A DNA stretch of 64,000 nt, from assembly GCA_934133175.1 (NCBI GenBank), contig CAKPAX010000005.1, forward strand, positions 4,450-68,449. The letters are read 5' to 3'. The notes under the pieces were generated by a model, which worked only from the letters and a program-made list of their open reading frames with translations, had not been told where the DNA came from and did not search any database. Made by a program: the position numbers and the translations under genes. Numbering within the stretch: the first letter of the stretch is position 1; the number at the start of each line of letters is the position of its first letter. The DNA comes from an uncultured Clostridia bacterium (GTDB lineage: Bacteria; Bacillota; Clostridia; TANB77; CAG-508). Positions 47,296-57,303 of this stretch are shown here, one piece after another.

Positions 47296-48495
47296 ATGAA
47301 GAATATATTTATTAAAATATTGGCAGTAATGTTAATAATAGTATTTATATTACAATACAGTTTTGTAATGGCAACTAATTCTAAATCAGAACTGCAAGGA
47401 CAACAATCAGAAATAGATCAACAAATAAAAGAAAAAGAAGAGAAATTAGAAGGAATAAAAACTGAAAAATCTGAAACATTACAACAAGTGGAAAATTTAA
47501 TCTCTCAAATTTCAGAATATGAATCAGACATAGATGATTTAGATGATCAAATAGAAGAATTAAATGGAAAAATAAAAGATTCCGAAGAAGAATTACAAAA
47601 AGAACAAAAGGAATATGATGAAAATGAACAAGCTTTGAATGAGAGATTAGTAGCTGTATATGAAAATGGAGAAACATCATATTTGGATTTTTTGCTTTCA
47701 TCAGAAGGATTAACAGATTTTATTTCTAATTATTTTTTAGTGTCAGAACTTGCTACATATGACACAGATTTATTAGAGTCTATCGAAAAAAAGAAAAATC
47801 AAATAGAAGAGCAAAAAAAGAAATTAGAAGAAAGCAAAACTGAGTTAAATAATACAAAAACAAGCAAAGAGGCAAAACAAAAAAAATTGTCAACTGCTAA
47901 AACAGAAAAAAGCAAGTATGCAGCTAAACTTTCAGAAGACGAAAAAAGCACTCAAGCAGAACTTGAACAATTTGAAAAAGACAAACAAGAAATTACTGCA
48001 AAATTGAAAAAAATAGCAGAACAAGAAGAAGCTGCAAGAAGACAACAAGGAAATAGCGGAACAACTATAATATCTGGTAATCCAAGTGCAAGTGGTTATA
48101 TTTTTCCTGTTTCTGGTTTAAGTAAAGCAAATATAAGAAATAAATCTTATCCTTCTTATAAAGGACATACAGGTGTAGATGTAAATATTGGGGTTACAGG
48201 AAAAAGTGTAGTTGCAGTAAAATCAGGAACAGTAGTAATATCACAAGCATTAAAAAATTCAAGTGGTGGATATAGAAGCTATGGAGAATATGTTGTAATA
48301 AGTCATGGAGATGGAACAATGACATTTTATGCACATATGTTAGCTAATTCAAGAAGAGTTCAAGTTGGATCACATGTATCACAAGGACAAGTTATAGGAA
48401 CAGTTGGATCAACCGGAAATTCAACGGGAACCCATTTACATTTTGAAGTTAGGGTAGGAGGAAGACCTGTTAATCCATTACCATATTTGCCATAA
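47296..48495 (+). CDS. coiled-coil M23 peptidoglycan hydrolase/activator (EnvC-like), paralog 2
   Basis: 399 aa with the same architecture. It shares the internal motif YLDFLLSSEGLTDFISNYFLVSELATYDTDLL (compare YIDVLLSSTSLSDFLSNYYLITELATYDTQLL in paralog 1). The M23 core is HTGVDVNIGV...GTHLHFEVRVGGRPVNP. Confidence 0.85.
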   Translation: MKNIFIKILAVMLIIVFILQYSFVMATNSKSELQGQQSEIDQQIKEKEEKLEGIKTEKSETLQQVENLISQISEYESDIDDLDDQIEELNGKIKDSEEELQKEQKEYDENEQALNERLVAVYENGETSYLDFLLSSEGLTDFISNYFLVSELATYDTDLLESIEKKKNQIEEQKKKLEESKTELNNTKTSKEAKQKKLSTAKTEKSKYAAKLSEDEKSTQAELEQFEKDKQEITAKLKKIAEQEEAARRQQGNSGTTIISGNPSASGYIFPVSGLSKANIRNKSYPSYKGHTGVDVNIGVTGKSVVAVKSGTVVISQALKNSSGGYRSYGEYVVISHGDGTMTFYAHMLANSRRVQVGSHVSQGQVIGTVGSTGNSTGTHLHFEVRVGGRPVNPLPYLP

Positions 48496-48641
48496 TTATA
48501 TAGATAGAATGATGAATAGAATTTCTTTATGATTTTATATCATTTAGAAATTCTTAAATTCATGTTTTAATAAAATTTATAACATAAAAATTATACTTTT
48601 AAATATAAAATAATAAGGATAATAATATAAAGGAGATTGCA

Positions 48642-49859
48642 ATGAAAGAAAATAAATCAGAGAGAATTTATAAAATAATAATGTTAATAATAGTAACTGC
48701 GTTTATAACATTTTTTATAACATCATTAAGTATGTATTCATATTTTACTAAAAATGATAAAGGAGTTGTACTAGTACAACAATCAAAATCTTCATCTGAA
48801 TTAGAAAATAAATTAAGTCAGTTTAAATCTTTAATAGATAAATATTTTTTAGGAGATGTTGATGAAGAAAAATTAGAAGAAAGTGCAATAAAGGGATATA
48901 TAGAAGGGCTAGACGATAAATATACAGAATATATTTCAAAAGAAGATATGAAAGATTATAAAGCAGAAATATTAGGAAATTTTGTTGGCGTAGGAATTTA
49001 CATGACTAAAGATGAAAATGCTAATAGAATTGCTGTTTTGTCTCCAATAAAAGATAGTCCAGCAGAAAAAGCAGGTATATTACCAGGGGATTTAATAATA
49101 AAAGTTGATGATGTAGAATATACTGCAGGTGATATGTCTGTTGCTGCAAATAAAATAAAAGGTGAAGAAGGTTCAAATGTAAAAATAGAAATATTAAGAA
49201 ATGGAGAAAGTTTAACATTTAATATGAAAAGGGAAAAGATTAAAACAAATCCGGTTACAGCAAAAAAATTAGATAATAATATTGGATATATTTCTTTCTC
49301 TAGTTTTGATGAAGGAACAGCAAAAGATTTTGAACAAAAATTTAAAGAATTAAGTTCGCAAAATATTACATCATTAATTATAGATTTAAGAAATAATGGT
49401 GGAGGAATTGTAGATGAAGCAATAGAAATTGCTAATTGTATTGCTGATAAAGATTCTACATTGTTAATAACAGTTGATAAAAATAAAAATGAGGAAATAA
49501 CAAAATCAACTAAGGATCCTATTATAAAAATGCCTATAGTTATTTTAGTAAATGAAAATACTGCAAGTGCATCAGAAATATTATCTGGAGCTCTAAAAGA
49601 TTTAAACAAAGCAACAATAGTTGGAAAAAAGACATACGGAAAAGGTGTTATACAACAATTTCTAACATTATCAGATGGAAGTGGATTAAAAATAACTTCT
49701 AATGAATATTTTACACCAAATAGAACAACTATAAATAAAGTAGGAATAGAGCCAAATGAAGTTGTAGAATTACCAGAAAATGTGAAAAACGTTTTGAGTG
49801 TAGAACAAAAAGACGATACACAATTACAAAAAGCAATAGAAATATTAAAAAATAAGTAA
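48642..49859 (+). CDS. S41 family carboxyl-terminal processing peptidase (CtpA/CtpB-like)
   Basis: 405 aa with an N-terminal TM helix, a PDZ domain (PAEKAGILPGDLIIKVD) and an S41 core (LIIDLRNNGGG, NENTASASEILSGALKD, GKKTYGKG). Confidence 0.9.
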   Translation: MKENKSERIYKIIMLIIVTAFITFFITSLSMYSYFTKNDKGVVLVQQSKSSSELENKLSQFKSLIDKYFLGDVDEEKLEESAIKGYIEGLDDKYTEYISKEDMKDYKAEILGNFVGVGIYMTKDENANRIAVLSPIKDSPAEKAGILPGDLIIKVDDVEYTAGDMSVAANKIKGEEGSNVKIEILRNGESLTFNMKREKIKTNPVTAKKLDNNIGYISFSSFDEGTAKDFEQKFKELSSQNITSLIIDLRNNGGGIVDEAIEIANCIADKDSTLLITVDKNKNEEITKSTKDPIIKMPIVILVNENTASASEILSGALKDLNKATIVGKKTYGKGVIQQFLTLSDGSGLKITSNEYFTPNRTTINKVGIEPNEVVELPENVKNVLSVEQKDDTQLQKAIEILKNK

Positions 49860-49872
49860 AGGAAGAAAATAA

Positions 49873-50466
49873 ATGAATTTAGCAAATAAATTAACAATTT
49901 TTAGAATATTTTTAGTTCCAATTATGGTAGTAATTCCATTTTTTAATATATCAGGTGAAATGTTTGGAATTCCTTATTCTTTTATAATAATAGATGCAAT
50001 CTTTATAATTGCATCTATTACAGATAAATTAGATGGATATATAGCAAGATCAAGAAATCAAATAACAACATTTGGCAAATTTTTAGATCCACTAGCAGAT
50101 AAGATACTAGTATTAGCAGCAATGATTATGCTTGTGGAAGTTGGAAAGTTACCAGCTTGGATTCCTATAATTGTATTAGCAAGAGAATTTATAGTATCAG
50201 GATATAGATTAGTTGCTGTAGAAAAAGGTGGAAAAGTTATTGCTGCATCAATTTGGGGCAAACTTAAAACAGTTACACAAATGTTAGCAATTATATTAGC
50301 ATTTATAGATTTAAATGCATTTGCAACATGTTTTAAAGGAAATTTATCAGGATATAGTTTTGTGATTAATTTAATTGTAACAATTTTAATGATAATATCT
50401 GTTATAGCAACTATATTTTCTGGTTGGGATTATATAAAAGATGGAAAAAATTTATTAAAAGATTAA
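49873..50466 (+). CDS. pgsA: CDP-diacylglycerol--glycerol-3-phosphate 3-phosphatidyltransferase
   Basis: 197 aa with the CDP-alcohol phosphatidyltransferase motif DKLDGYIARSRNQITTFGKFLDPLADK. Confidence 0.9.
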   Translation: MNLANKLTIFRIFLVPIMVVIPFFNISGEMFGIPYSFIIIDAIFIIASITDKLDGYIARSRNQITTFGKFLDPLADKILVLAAMIMLVEVGKLPAWIPIIVLAREFIVSGYRLVAVEKGGKVIAASIWGKLKTVTQMLAIILAFIDLNAFATCFKGNLSGYSFVINLIVTILMIISVIATIFSGWDYIKDGKNLLKD

Positions 50467-50568
50467 AAGTTTTTATAAATAATTAATGATAATACATAAT
50501 AAACTTGACAAAATAAAGGAATTGGATTAATATATTAAGAAATTCAATCCAAATAAGGAGGAAATAAA

Positions 50569-51045
50569 ATGGACGAGAAAGAAGTAATATTAACACAAGA
50601 AGGATATGATAATTTAGAAAAACAATTAGAATATCTTAGAACTGAAAAAAGAACAGAAATAGCAGAAAGAATTAAAGTTGCATTAGGATTTGGAGATTTA
50701 TCAGAAAACTCAGAATATGATGAAGCCAAAACAGCACAATCAGAAAACGAAGTTAAGATAGCTGAATTAGAAAATAAATTAAGATATGCAAAAATAATAG
50801 ATGAATCAGAAATAGACACAAAAACAGTTCAAATAGGAAATTGTGTTAAAGTGTTAGATATGGAATTTAATGAAGAAGTTGAATACACAATAGTAGGATC
50901 AACAGAAGTTGATTTAGCTGAAAATAAAATATCTAATGAATCACCAGTAGGAAAAGCACTTTTAGGAGCAAAAAAGGGTCAAATTGTTGATGTTGATGCT
51001 CCAGCAGGTGTTATGCAATATAAAATTTTATCTATAAAAAAATAA
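50569..51045 (+). CDS. greA: transcription elongation factor GreA
   Basis: 158 aa. [18 protein letters not shown]...[13 protein letters not shown] is the canonical GreA N-terminal coiled coil. A TTGACA-17-TAATAT promoter lies upstream. Confidence 0.93.
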   Translation: MDEKEVILTQEGYDNLEKQLEYLRTEKRTEIAERIKVALGFGDLSENSEYDEAKTAQSENEVKIAELENKLRYAKIIDESEIDTKTVQIGNCVKVLDMEFNEEVEYTIVGSTEVDLAENKISNESPVGKALLGAKKGQIVDVDAPAGVMQYKILSIKK

Positions 51046-51051
51046 TAAGTA

Positions 51052-51084
51052 AAAAAGTGAACATTTTTTAATGTTCACTTTTTG
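51052..51084. terminator. bidirectional terminator between greA and deoD
   Basis: An AAAAGTGAACAT / ATGTTCACTTTT stem is flanked by A and T runs. Confidence 0.7.
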
Positions 51085-51112
51085 TATACTATAGCAGGAT
51101 TATTAAAATAAC

Positions 51113-51835
51113 TTAGATATTTAAAGCACTTTCTAATGCAAGTTTAATCATATTATTTAAACCAGTTTGTCTTTCTTCTGGTGTAGCAATTTTATCAATA
51201 TATTTAGAATCAACTACGCTCATTAAACAAGCTGCTTTTTTATTTAAAAGTTTGGCATTATAGAATAGAGCAAAGGCTTCCATTTCTGCACCAAGTGGAT
51301 TAAGATTTTTGGGTAATCTTTCTAAAAATTTATTTACATCAGTCATATAAACATCAAAACAATCAGTACAAACGGTATTTCCTTTAAAAATATTTATATT
51401 TAAATCTTTTGCAGTATTAGAAATTATATCATTTAAATATTTATCAGAATAAGATAAATGACAATCATCGTTATTTAATGTTAATGCATAATTACTTTCT
51501 GAATATGCAGCTTCTGATAAAATGATATCAAACAATTTATTATTTGGCATATATCCACCACAAGAACCTATTCTAATTATTGATTCTACATTATAAAATT
51601 TATATAATTCATAAGTATAAATACCAACACTAGGTATTCCCATACCATGTGCCATAACCGTTAATTGTTTTCCTTTATATTTTCCGGTATATGCATACAT
51701 ACCACGTACAGAATTAACTAATTTATAATCTTCTAAAAAATTTTCTGCAATATATTTTGCTCTTAATGGATCACCAGGCATTATAACTATTTTTGCAATA
51801 TCTCCTAAATTTGCTTCATTATGAGGTGTAGACAT
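51113..51835 (-). CDS. deoD: purine nucleoside phosphorylase, DeoD type
   Basis: 240 aa. MSTPHNEANLGDIAKIVIMPGDPLRAKYIAENFLED...HGMGIPS...RIGSCGG closely parallels E. coli DeoD. Confidence 0.92.
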   Translation of the reverse strand: MSTPHNEANLGDIAKIVIMPGDPLRAKYIAENFLEDYKLVNSVRGMYAYTGKYKGKQLTVMAHGMGIPSVGIYTYELYKFYNVESIIRIGSCGGYMPNNKLFDIILSEAAYSESNYALTLNNDDCHLSYSDKYLNDIISNTAKDLNINIFKGNTVCTDCFDVYMTDVNKFLERLPKNLNPLGAEMEAFALFYNAKLLNKKAACLMSVVDSKYIDKIATPEERQTGLNNMIKLALESALNI

Positions 51836-51990
51836 TTAAATTCCTCCTTTAATTTTATTTGTATTCAAATTATATGTTTAATAAATATATTTGTCAAATA
51901 ATATTAAAATATATTAAAATGATGTTTACAAAAATAAATATATAAGATAGAATATAAGCCGATTAACAAATGAAAAGGAGAATAATAAAA

Positions 51991-53838
51991 ATGAAAAAAC
52001 AAAATAATAATAAAGGTATAACATTAATAGCATTGGTAATAACAATTATTGTTCTTTTAATACTTGCAGGGGTAACTATAAGTTTATTAACAGGAAAAAA
52101 TGGTATATTGACACAAGCACAAAAAGCTAAAGAATTAAATGAAATATCAGATTTTGAAGAACAAATAAAATTAGCTGTATTAACATCAAAAATTAACTCG
52201 GATTCAAAAATAGATTTAAATACTTTAGAAAGTGAAATAAAAAAAATAAGTGATGTAGAAATAGCCCAAAAATCAAATGATAACGAATTGCCTTGGATAG
52301 TGAAAAAAAGAGAAAAAACGTGTATTATAGAAAGTGATGGTACGATAAAGCTAGATAGTGTTCAGGAAGATATAACAGAAGAAGCGGGACTATATAATAC
52401 AAATAATGAAATGGTTGTATCTTGGAATGAATTAGTTGAAAAATATGGATTAGACTTATCTAAGGATTATACACCAACAACTTATGAAACTGATGAGACT
52501 TCATTATATAATATTTTAAAGAACAATGAATTTGATGAAAAAAAATTAGTGATAGGTAATAATATTAATAAAATAGGAACATATGCTTTTATTGGATGTA
52601 CAAAGTTGCTAGATGTACAAATTCCTGATTCTGTTGTAGAACTTGGAAATGCAGCATTTCAAGGAACAAATGTAGAAAATGTACGATTATCTAATAATTT
52701 AACTAGTATAGGAATAGGAATGTTTTCAGGATGTAATAAATTACAAAGCATAAATATTCCAGATAATATTACCGAAATACAAAATGGAGCCTTTTCTAGT
52801 GCAAGAGCATTAAAATCTGTAAATATGTCTAAAAATATAAATAAAATTGGTGATGGAGCATTTCAAGGAGCTGCTTTAAGTGGTGATTTAAAATTTTATG
52901 CACCAATTGAATATGTTGGAAATGGAGCATTTTCAAATACTTCAATTAGTTCAGCTGTATTCGAAAATAATGTTAAAAACTTTGGAGCAGGTGTGTTTTC
53001 AAATTGTAGTCTATTAACATCTATTGAACTTAGAGGAGGAGTTGATTCACTTACTCCAGGAGCTTTTGGTGGAAGTATTGCACTTGAAAGCATTTATTTT
53101 GGTGAAGGTACAACAGAACTATCTTTTAATGCATTAGCAGGATGCAATAATTTGAAAAATGTTGTATTACCTAAAACTATAACAAAAATTTCAGATTCGG
53201 CATTTGGTGGAGATAAAACATTAACTGAAATAAATATACCAGAATCTGTAACTGAAATAGGAAATTCAGCATTTGGAGGCTGTGAATCTTTGACTTCAAT
53301 AACAATTCCAAGTTCTGTTATTACAACAGGTACACTTTTATTTACACAAGATTATAAATTAGAAACTGTAATATTAAAAGGAGATATTAGTTCAGGATAT
53401 AATAAGAAAATGTTTGATGGATGTCCTTCAATAAAAAATATAAAGTTTGAAGGTAATTATAGTATAACTGATAGTATAATTAGTAGTGATTTGGTAAATT
53501 TAGAGACAGTATATTTTGCAAGTGCAACTCAATTGCCAAATGGAATGTTTGCAGCTAAATATAGTAAATTGCAAAATATAGTTTTACCAAATAATTTAGA
53601 AACAATTTCAGCTGGAATGTTTAATGCTTGTGTAGCATTAAAAACAATACAGATTCCAACAAGTGTAAAAACAATAGGTATGGGAGCTTTTGCAGGATGC
53701 ACAGACTTAGAAGTAACAATTCCTGATGGGGTTGAAACTATAGAAAGTGGTGCATTTGGAGATGTTAAACATATATATTACAATGGACCTGCTACAGATA
53801 TAAGCAATACAAATTGGGGAGCAAAGTTAATGAATTAA
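51991..53838 (+). CDS. BspA-type leucine-rich repeat surface protein with a pilin-like N-terminus
   Basis: 615 aa from the ATG after an aaggag RBS. The N-terminus is MKKQNNNKG-ITLIALVITIIVLLILAGVTISLLTGKNGILTQAQKAKE. From about residue 190 there are many ~23-aa LRR_5-type repeats (IP.SV..IG..AF..C..L). Confidence 0.8.
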   Translation: MKKQNNNKGITLIALVITIIVLLILAGVTISLLTGKNGILTQAQKAKELNEISDFEEQIKLAVLTSKINSDSKIDLNTLESEIKKISDVEIAQKSNDNELPWIVKKREKTCIIESDGTIKLDSVQEDITEEAGLYNTNNEMVVSWNELVEKYGLDLSKDYTPTTYETDETSLYNILKNNEFDEKKLVIGNNINKIGTYAFIGCTKLLDVQIPDSVVELGNAAFQGTNVENVRLSNNLTSIGIGMFSGCNKLQSINIPDNITEIQNGAFSSARALKSVNMSKNINKIGDGAFQGAALSGDLKFYAPIEYVGNGAFSNTSISSAVFENNVKNFGAGVFSNCSLLTSIELRGGVDSLTPGAFGGSIALESIYFGEGTTELSFNALAGCNNLKNVVLPKTITKISDSAFGGDKTLTEINIPESVTEIGNSAFGGCESLTSITIPSSVITTGTLLFTQDYKLETVILKGDISSGYNKKMFDGCPSIKNIKFEGNYSITDSIISSDLVNLETVYFASATQLPNGMFAAKYSKLQNIVLPNNLETISAGMFNACVALKTIQIPTSVKTIGMGAFAGCTDLEVTIPDGVETIESGAFGDVKHIYYNGPATDISNTNWGAKLMN

Positions 53839-53907
53839 TAATTTGTCAAAAATTTTAGAAAAAACTTGATTTTTGATTGTAACAATGATAAGATGATTAA
53901 TGTAAAT

Positions 53908-53958
53908 AATAGATTAAAAAAAAACCGATTTTGGAATTTCTTTTTAATCTATTTTTTC
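53908..53958 (+). promoter_or_regulatory. leader terminator (attenuator) upstream of pyrG
   Basis: An AATAGATTAAAAA...TTTTTAATCTATT stem followed by T5 lies between a TTGATT-17-TAAGAT promoter and the pyrG RBS. Confidence 0.5.
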
Positions 53959-53982
53959 ATTTTGAGGATTAGGAGGTATAAA

Positions 53983-55590
53983 ATGAACACAAAATATATT
54001 TTTGTAACAGGAGGAGTTGTATCAGGATTAGGAAAAGGAATTACAGCTGCATCATTGGGAAGGTTATTAAAAAACAGAGGTTATAAAGTTACAATACAAA
54101 AATTTGACCCATATTTAAATGTTGATCCAGGAACGATGAGTCCATATGAGCATGGTGAAGTTTTTGTGACAGATGATGGAGCGGAAACAGATTTAGATTT
54201 AGGACATTATGAAAGATTTATAGACGAAAACTTGACTAAAAATTCAAGTGTAACAATGGGAAAAATATATTCACATGTTATAGAAAAAGAAAGAAAGGGA
54301 GATTACTTAGGAAAAACTGTACAAGTAATACCACATGTTACAAATGAAATAAAAGAAAAAATATACAGTTTTGAAAATACAGATACAGATATAGTTATAA
54401 CAGAATTAGGTGGTACAGTTGGAGATATAGAAGGATTATCAATAATAGAAGCAATAAGACAAGTGGGATTAGAAAAAAACCCAGAAGATGTATTATATAT
54501 ACACGTAACACTTTTACCATATATATTTGGTTCTAATGAAATTAAATCAAAACCAACACAACATTCTGTAAAGGAATTACAAGGTTATGGAATTAAACCA
54601 AATATACTAGTTTGTAGAACTGAAACAGATATACCAGAATCAATAAGAGAAAAATTGGCTTTATTCTGCAATGTAAGAAAAACTAGTGTAATTCAAAATA
54701 AAACAGCAGATAATTTATATGCAGTACCATTAATGCTAGAAGAAGAAGGATTAGCAAGAGAAGTTTGCAATTATTTAAAATTAGATAAATATATTCCTGA
54801 TAATAGTAAATGGGAAGAAATGATACAAAACATTAGGCAAATAGGTGATGAAACTGTAAAAATTGCTATAGTAGGAAAATATATACAGTTAGAGGATTCA
54901 TACATTTCTGTAATGGAAAGTTTAAGACATGCAGGATTTGCAAATAAAGTAAGAGTTGATATTGAATTAATAGATTCAGAAACAATAAATAAAGAAAATG
55001 TAAAAGAAAAATTGAAAGGAATACAAGGAATTGTTGTTCCTGGAGGCTTTGGAAATAGAGGAATAGAAGGAAAAATAGAAACAATAAAATATGCAAGAGA
55101 AAATAAAATTCCATTTTTAGGTATATGTTTAGGTATGCAAATGGCTGTTGTTGAATATGCTAGAAATGTATTAGGATTACAAGATAGTAATTCTGCAGAA
55201 TTTAGTGAAACAACTAAAAATCCAGTTATACATATAATGGAAGATCAAAAGGATGTTGATCAAAAGGGTGGAACTATGAGACTTGGAAGTTATCCTTGTA
55301 AAATAAAGGAAGGAACACTTGCAAGAAAATTATATAATCAAGAAATGATAAATGAAAGACATAGACATAGATTTGAATACAATAATGATTATAAAGAAAG
55401 ATTAGAAAATGCAGGATTAATATGTTCTGGTACTTCACCTAATGGTCAATTAGTAGAAATTGTAGAGTTACAAGAAAAAGAACATCCATATTTTATAGCA
55501 GGACAATTTCATCCAGAATTAAAATCAAGACCAAATAAACCAGCTCCATTATTTGTAGGATTAGTGGAAGCAGCTAAAAAAATAAAATAA
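53983..55590 (+). CDS. pyrG: CTP synthase
   Basis: 535 aa from the ATG after an aggagg [29 protein letters not shown] and the GATase motif GICLGMQ are canonical. Confidence 0.95.
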   Translation: MNTKYIFVTGGVVSGLGKGITAASLGRLLKNRGYKVTIQKFDPYLNVDPGTMSPYEHGEVFVTDDGAETDLDLGHYERFIDENLTKNSSVTMGKIYSHVIEKERKGDYLGKTVQVIPHVTNEIKEKIYSFENTDTDIVITELGGTVGDIEGLSIIEAIRQVGLEKNPEDVLYIHVTLLPYIFGSNEIKSKPTQHSVKELQGYGIKPNILVCRTETDIPESIREKLALFCNVRKTSVIQNKTADNLYAVPLMLEEEGLAREVCNYLKLDKYIPDNSKWEEMIQNIRQIGDETVKIAIVGKYIQLEDSYISVMESLRHAGFANKVRVDIELIDSETINKENVKEKLKGIQGIVVPGGFGNRGIEGKIETIKYARENKIPFLGICLGMQMAVVEYARNVLGLQDSNSAEFSETTKNPVIHIMEDQKDVDQKGGTMRLGSYPCKIKEGTLARKLYNQEMINERHRHRFEYNNDYKERLENAGLICSGTSPNGQLVEIVELQEKEHPYFIAGQFHPELKSRPNKPAPLFVGLVEAAKKIK

Positions 55591-55610
55591 AATATAAAAG
55601 GGGAAGAAAA

Positions 55611-56528
55611 ATGAAAAAATTTATTAAGAATATAACAAAAGTATTAATTTTACTTGTAGCAGTATGTGTTATGCTATCAAAACCAATAAATGCAGATGTG
55701 GGATATCATTCAAGCTATAGTGGAGGAGGGTCACATAGTTCATCATCTAGTTCGCATAGTTCATCATCACATAGCAGTTCATCATCAGGGTCATCACATA
55801 GTAGTTCTAGTTCCTCAAGTGATGACGGCGAAGGGTCAATTGCTGGATTGATAATTTTTCTAATCATCATGGCAATAATAATTTATGCATCAAAAAAGGG
55901 CGGAAAATTTGTACCAGGAAATATTAATTTAAATAATATTTCAGTTTCAGATAACACAAATAGTGTAGAAGCAAAAATAAGAGAAATAGATCCAATGTTC
56001 TCTGCAGAGGATTTTATGTCATATAGTAGAGAAGTATTTGTAAAATTACAAACAGCATGGATGGATAAAAAATGGGAAGAAATTAGACCATTTGAAAGCA
56101 ATGAATTATTTGAGCAACATAGACAACAATTACAATATTTAATAGATAATAATCAAACAAATATGATGGAAAAAATATGTGTAAGATATACATGCTTAAA
56201 TAGCTTTAGACAAGATGGAGATAAAGAAATAATTACAATGACATTAAAATCAGCTATGAAAGATTATACAATAGATGATAAAACTAAAAAGGTAGTTCAA
56301 GGTAATCCGAATGAAGATGTGTATATGGTATATACATTAACATTTATGAGAAAAGCAGGAGTTAAGACAAAAGAAGGAACAGAAAAAACATCTACAACAA
56401 ATTGTCCAAATTGTGGAGCACCAACAAAAATTACAAGTTCAGGAAAATGTGAATATTGTGGAAGCATTATAACAACAGGAGAACATGGTTGGGTACTTTC
56501 TGGATTAGAAGGAACAAGAGGAATGTAA
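55611..56528 (+). CDS. membrane protein: signal peptide, Ser/His-rich ectodomain, TM helix, Tim44-like domain with an embedded zinc ribbon
   Basis: 305 aa. It has a cleavable-looking signal (..SKPINA), a low-complexity SSYSGGGSHSSSSSSHSSSSHSSSSSGSSHSSSSSSS stretch, and a TM helix (IAGLIIFLIIMAIIIYA). The Tim44-like region runs FSAEDFMSYSREVFVKLQTAWMDKKWEEIRPF. A CPNCGAP...CEYCGS ribbon precedes the terminal EHGWVLSGLE. Confidence 0.7.
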   Translation: MKKFIKNITKVLILLVAVCVMLSKPINADVGYHSSYSGGGSHSSSSSSHSSSSHSSSSSGSSHSSSSSSSDDGEGSIAGLIIFLIIMAIIIYASKKGGKFVPGNINLNNISVSDNTNSVEAKIREIDPMFSAEDFMSYSREVFVKLQTAWMDKKWEEIRPFESNELFEQHRQQLQYLIDNNQTNMMEKICVRYTCLNSFRQDGDKEIITMTLKSAMKDYTIDDKTKKVVQGNPNEDVYMVYTLTFMRKAGVKTKEGTEKTSTTNCPNCGAPTKITSSGKCEYCGSIITTGEHGWVLSGLEGTRGM

Positions 56529-56529
56529 A

Positions 56530-57288
56530 GTGAGTTTTTTATTAGGTTTTTTAGGAGCAATAATCGGAATAATTTTTATAATAATAGTAATTATAGTATT
56601 TATAATAATTGGTGTTAGTAAAAGTGTAGGAATAAATGATTTAAAAACAATATTTGGAGCTGCTAAAAATGCAAAACAAATAGCAGAAGAAGATGCATAT
56701 AGACAAAAAAATGTAAGTGGAATAACAAAGTTACTAGAACCAGAAATATTAAGAGATTTTCCAGATTTTAATAAAAATTTGTTGTATTCTATAGCAGAAA
56801 GTAATTTAAGAAAAATATTTTCTGCTATAGAAAATAAATCTTTAGCTGGAATAGACAAAGATGAAGAGTTGATATTGATATTACCAAAACTAAAGGAAAA
56901 AATAGAAGATATCAAAGAAAGAAAAGTAGAAATAAAATATGATGATATAGTATTTCATGCAAATGCAATAAAAAAATATGAAAAAGTAAAAGGGATGGCA
57001 ACAGTTACTATATCAACAACTTTAGAATATTATTATAAAAATAGTGACAAAAAGGAAAATTTATGTAATAATATAAAAAGACAAACAAGATATACATGTG
57101 AATTTGTATATATATATGATGAAACAAAATTAGAAAAGAAAAATAATATAATTGTAATTAATTGTCCAAATTGTGGTGCACCATTAAGGAATTTAGAACT
57201 TGGTGAGTGCGAATATTGTTCATCACATTTTGAGCCGATAAATTTAAAATTATGGAAAATGTCATCATATAAAGAAGATTATAAATAA
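56530..57288 (+). CDS. membrane-anchored Tim44-like / zinc-ribbon protein (paralogous architecture)
   Basis: 252 aa with a GTG start 2 nt after the previous stop. It has an N-terminal TM helix and a CPNCGAPLRNLELGECEYCSS ribbon near the C-terminus, followed by LWKMSSY. Confidence 0.6.
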   Translation: MSFLLGFLGAIIGIIFIIIVIIVFIIIGVSKSVGINDLKTIFGAAKNAKQIAEEDAYRQKNVSGITKLLEPEILRDFPDFNKNLLYSIAESNLRKIFSAIENKSLAGIDKDEELILILPKLKEKIEDIKERKVEIKYDDIVFHANAIKKYEKVKGMATVTISTTLEYYYKNSDKKENLCNNIKRQTRYTCEFVYIYDETKLEKKNNIIVINCPNCGAPLRNLELGECEYCSSHFEPINLKLWKMSSYKEDYK

Positions 57289-57303
57289 AATGGAGGTTTT
57301 ATT

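Noticed and set aside
48998-49897. 299-aa minus-strand ORF opposite the S41 peptidase gene
   Set aside because: It is antisense to a gene with clear PDZ and S41 motifs. The product is Phe/Ser/Ile-rich low complexity with no start context.
56505-56915. 136-aa minus-strand ORF opposite the second Tim44-like gene
   Set aside because: It is an antisense shadow ORF with Ile/Ser/Phe-rich low complexity. The plus-strand gene has coherent TM and zinc-ribbon architecture.
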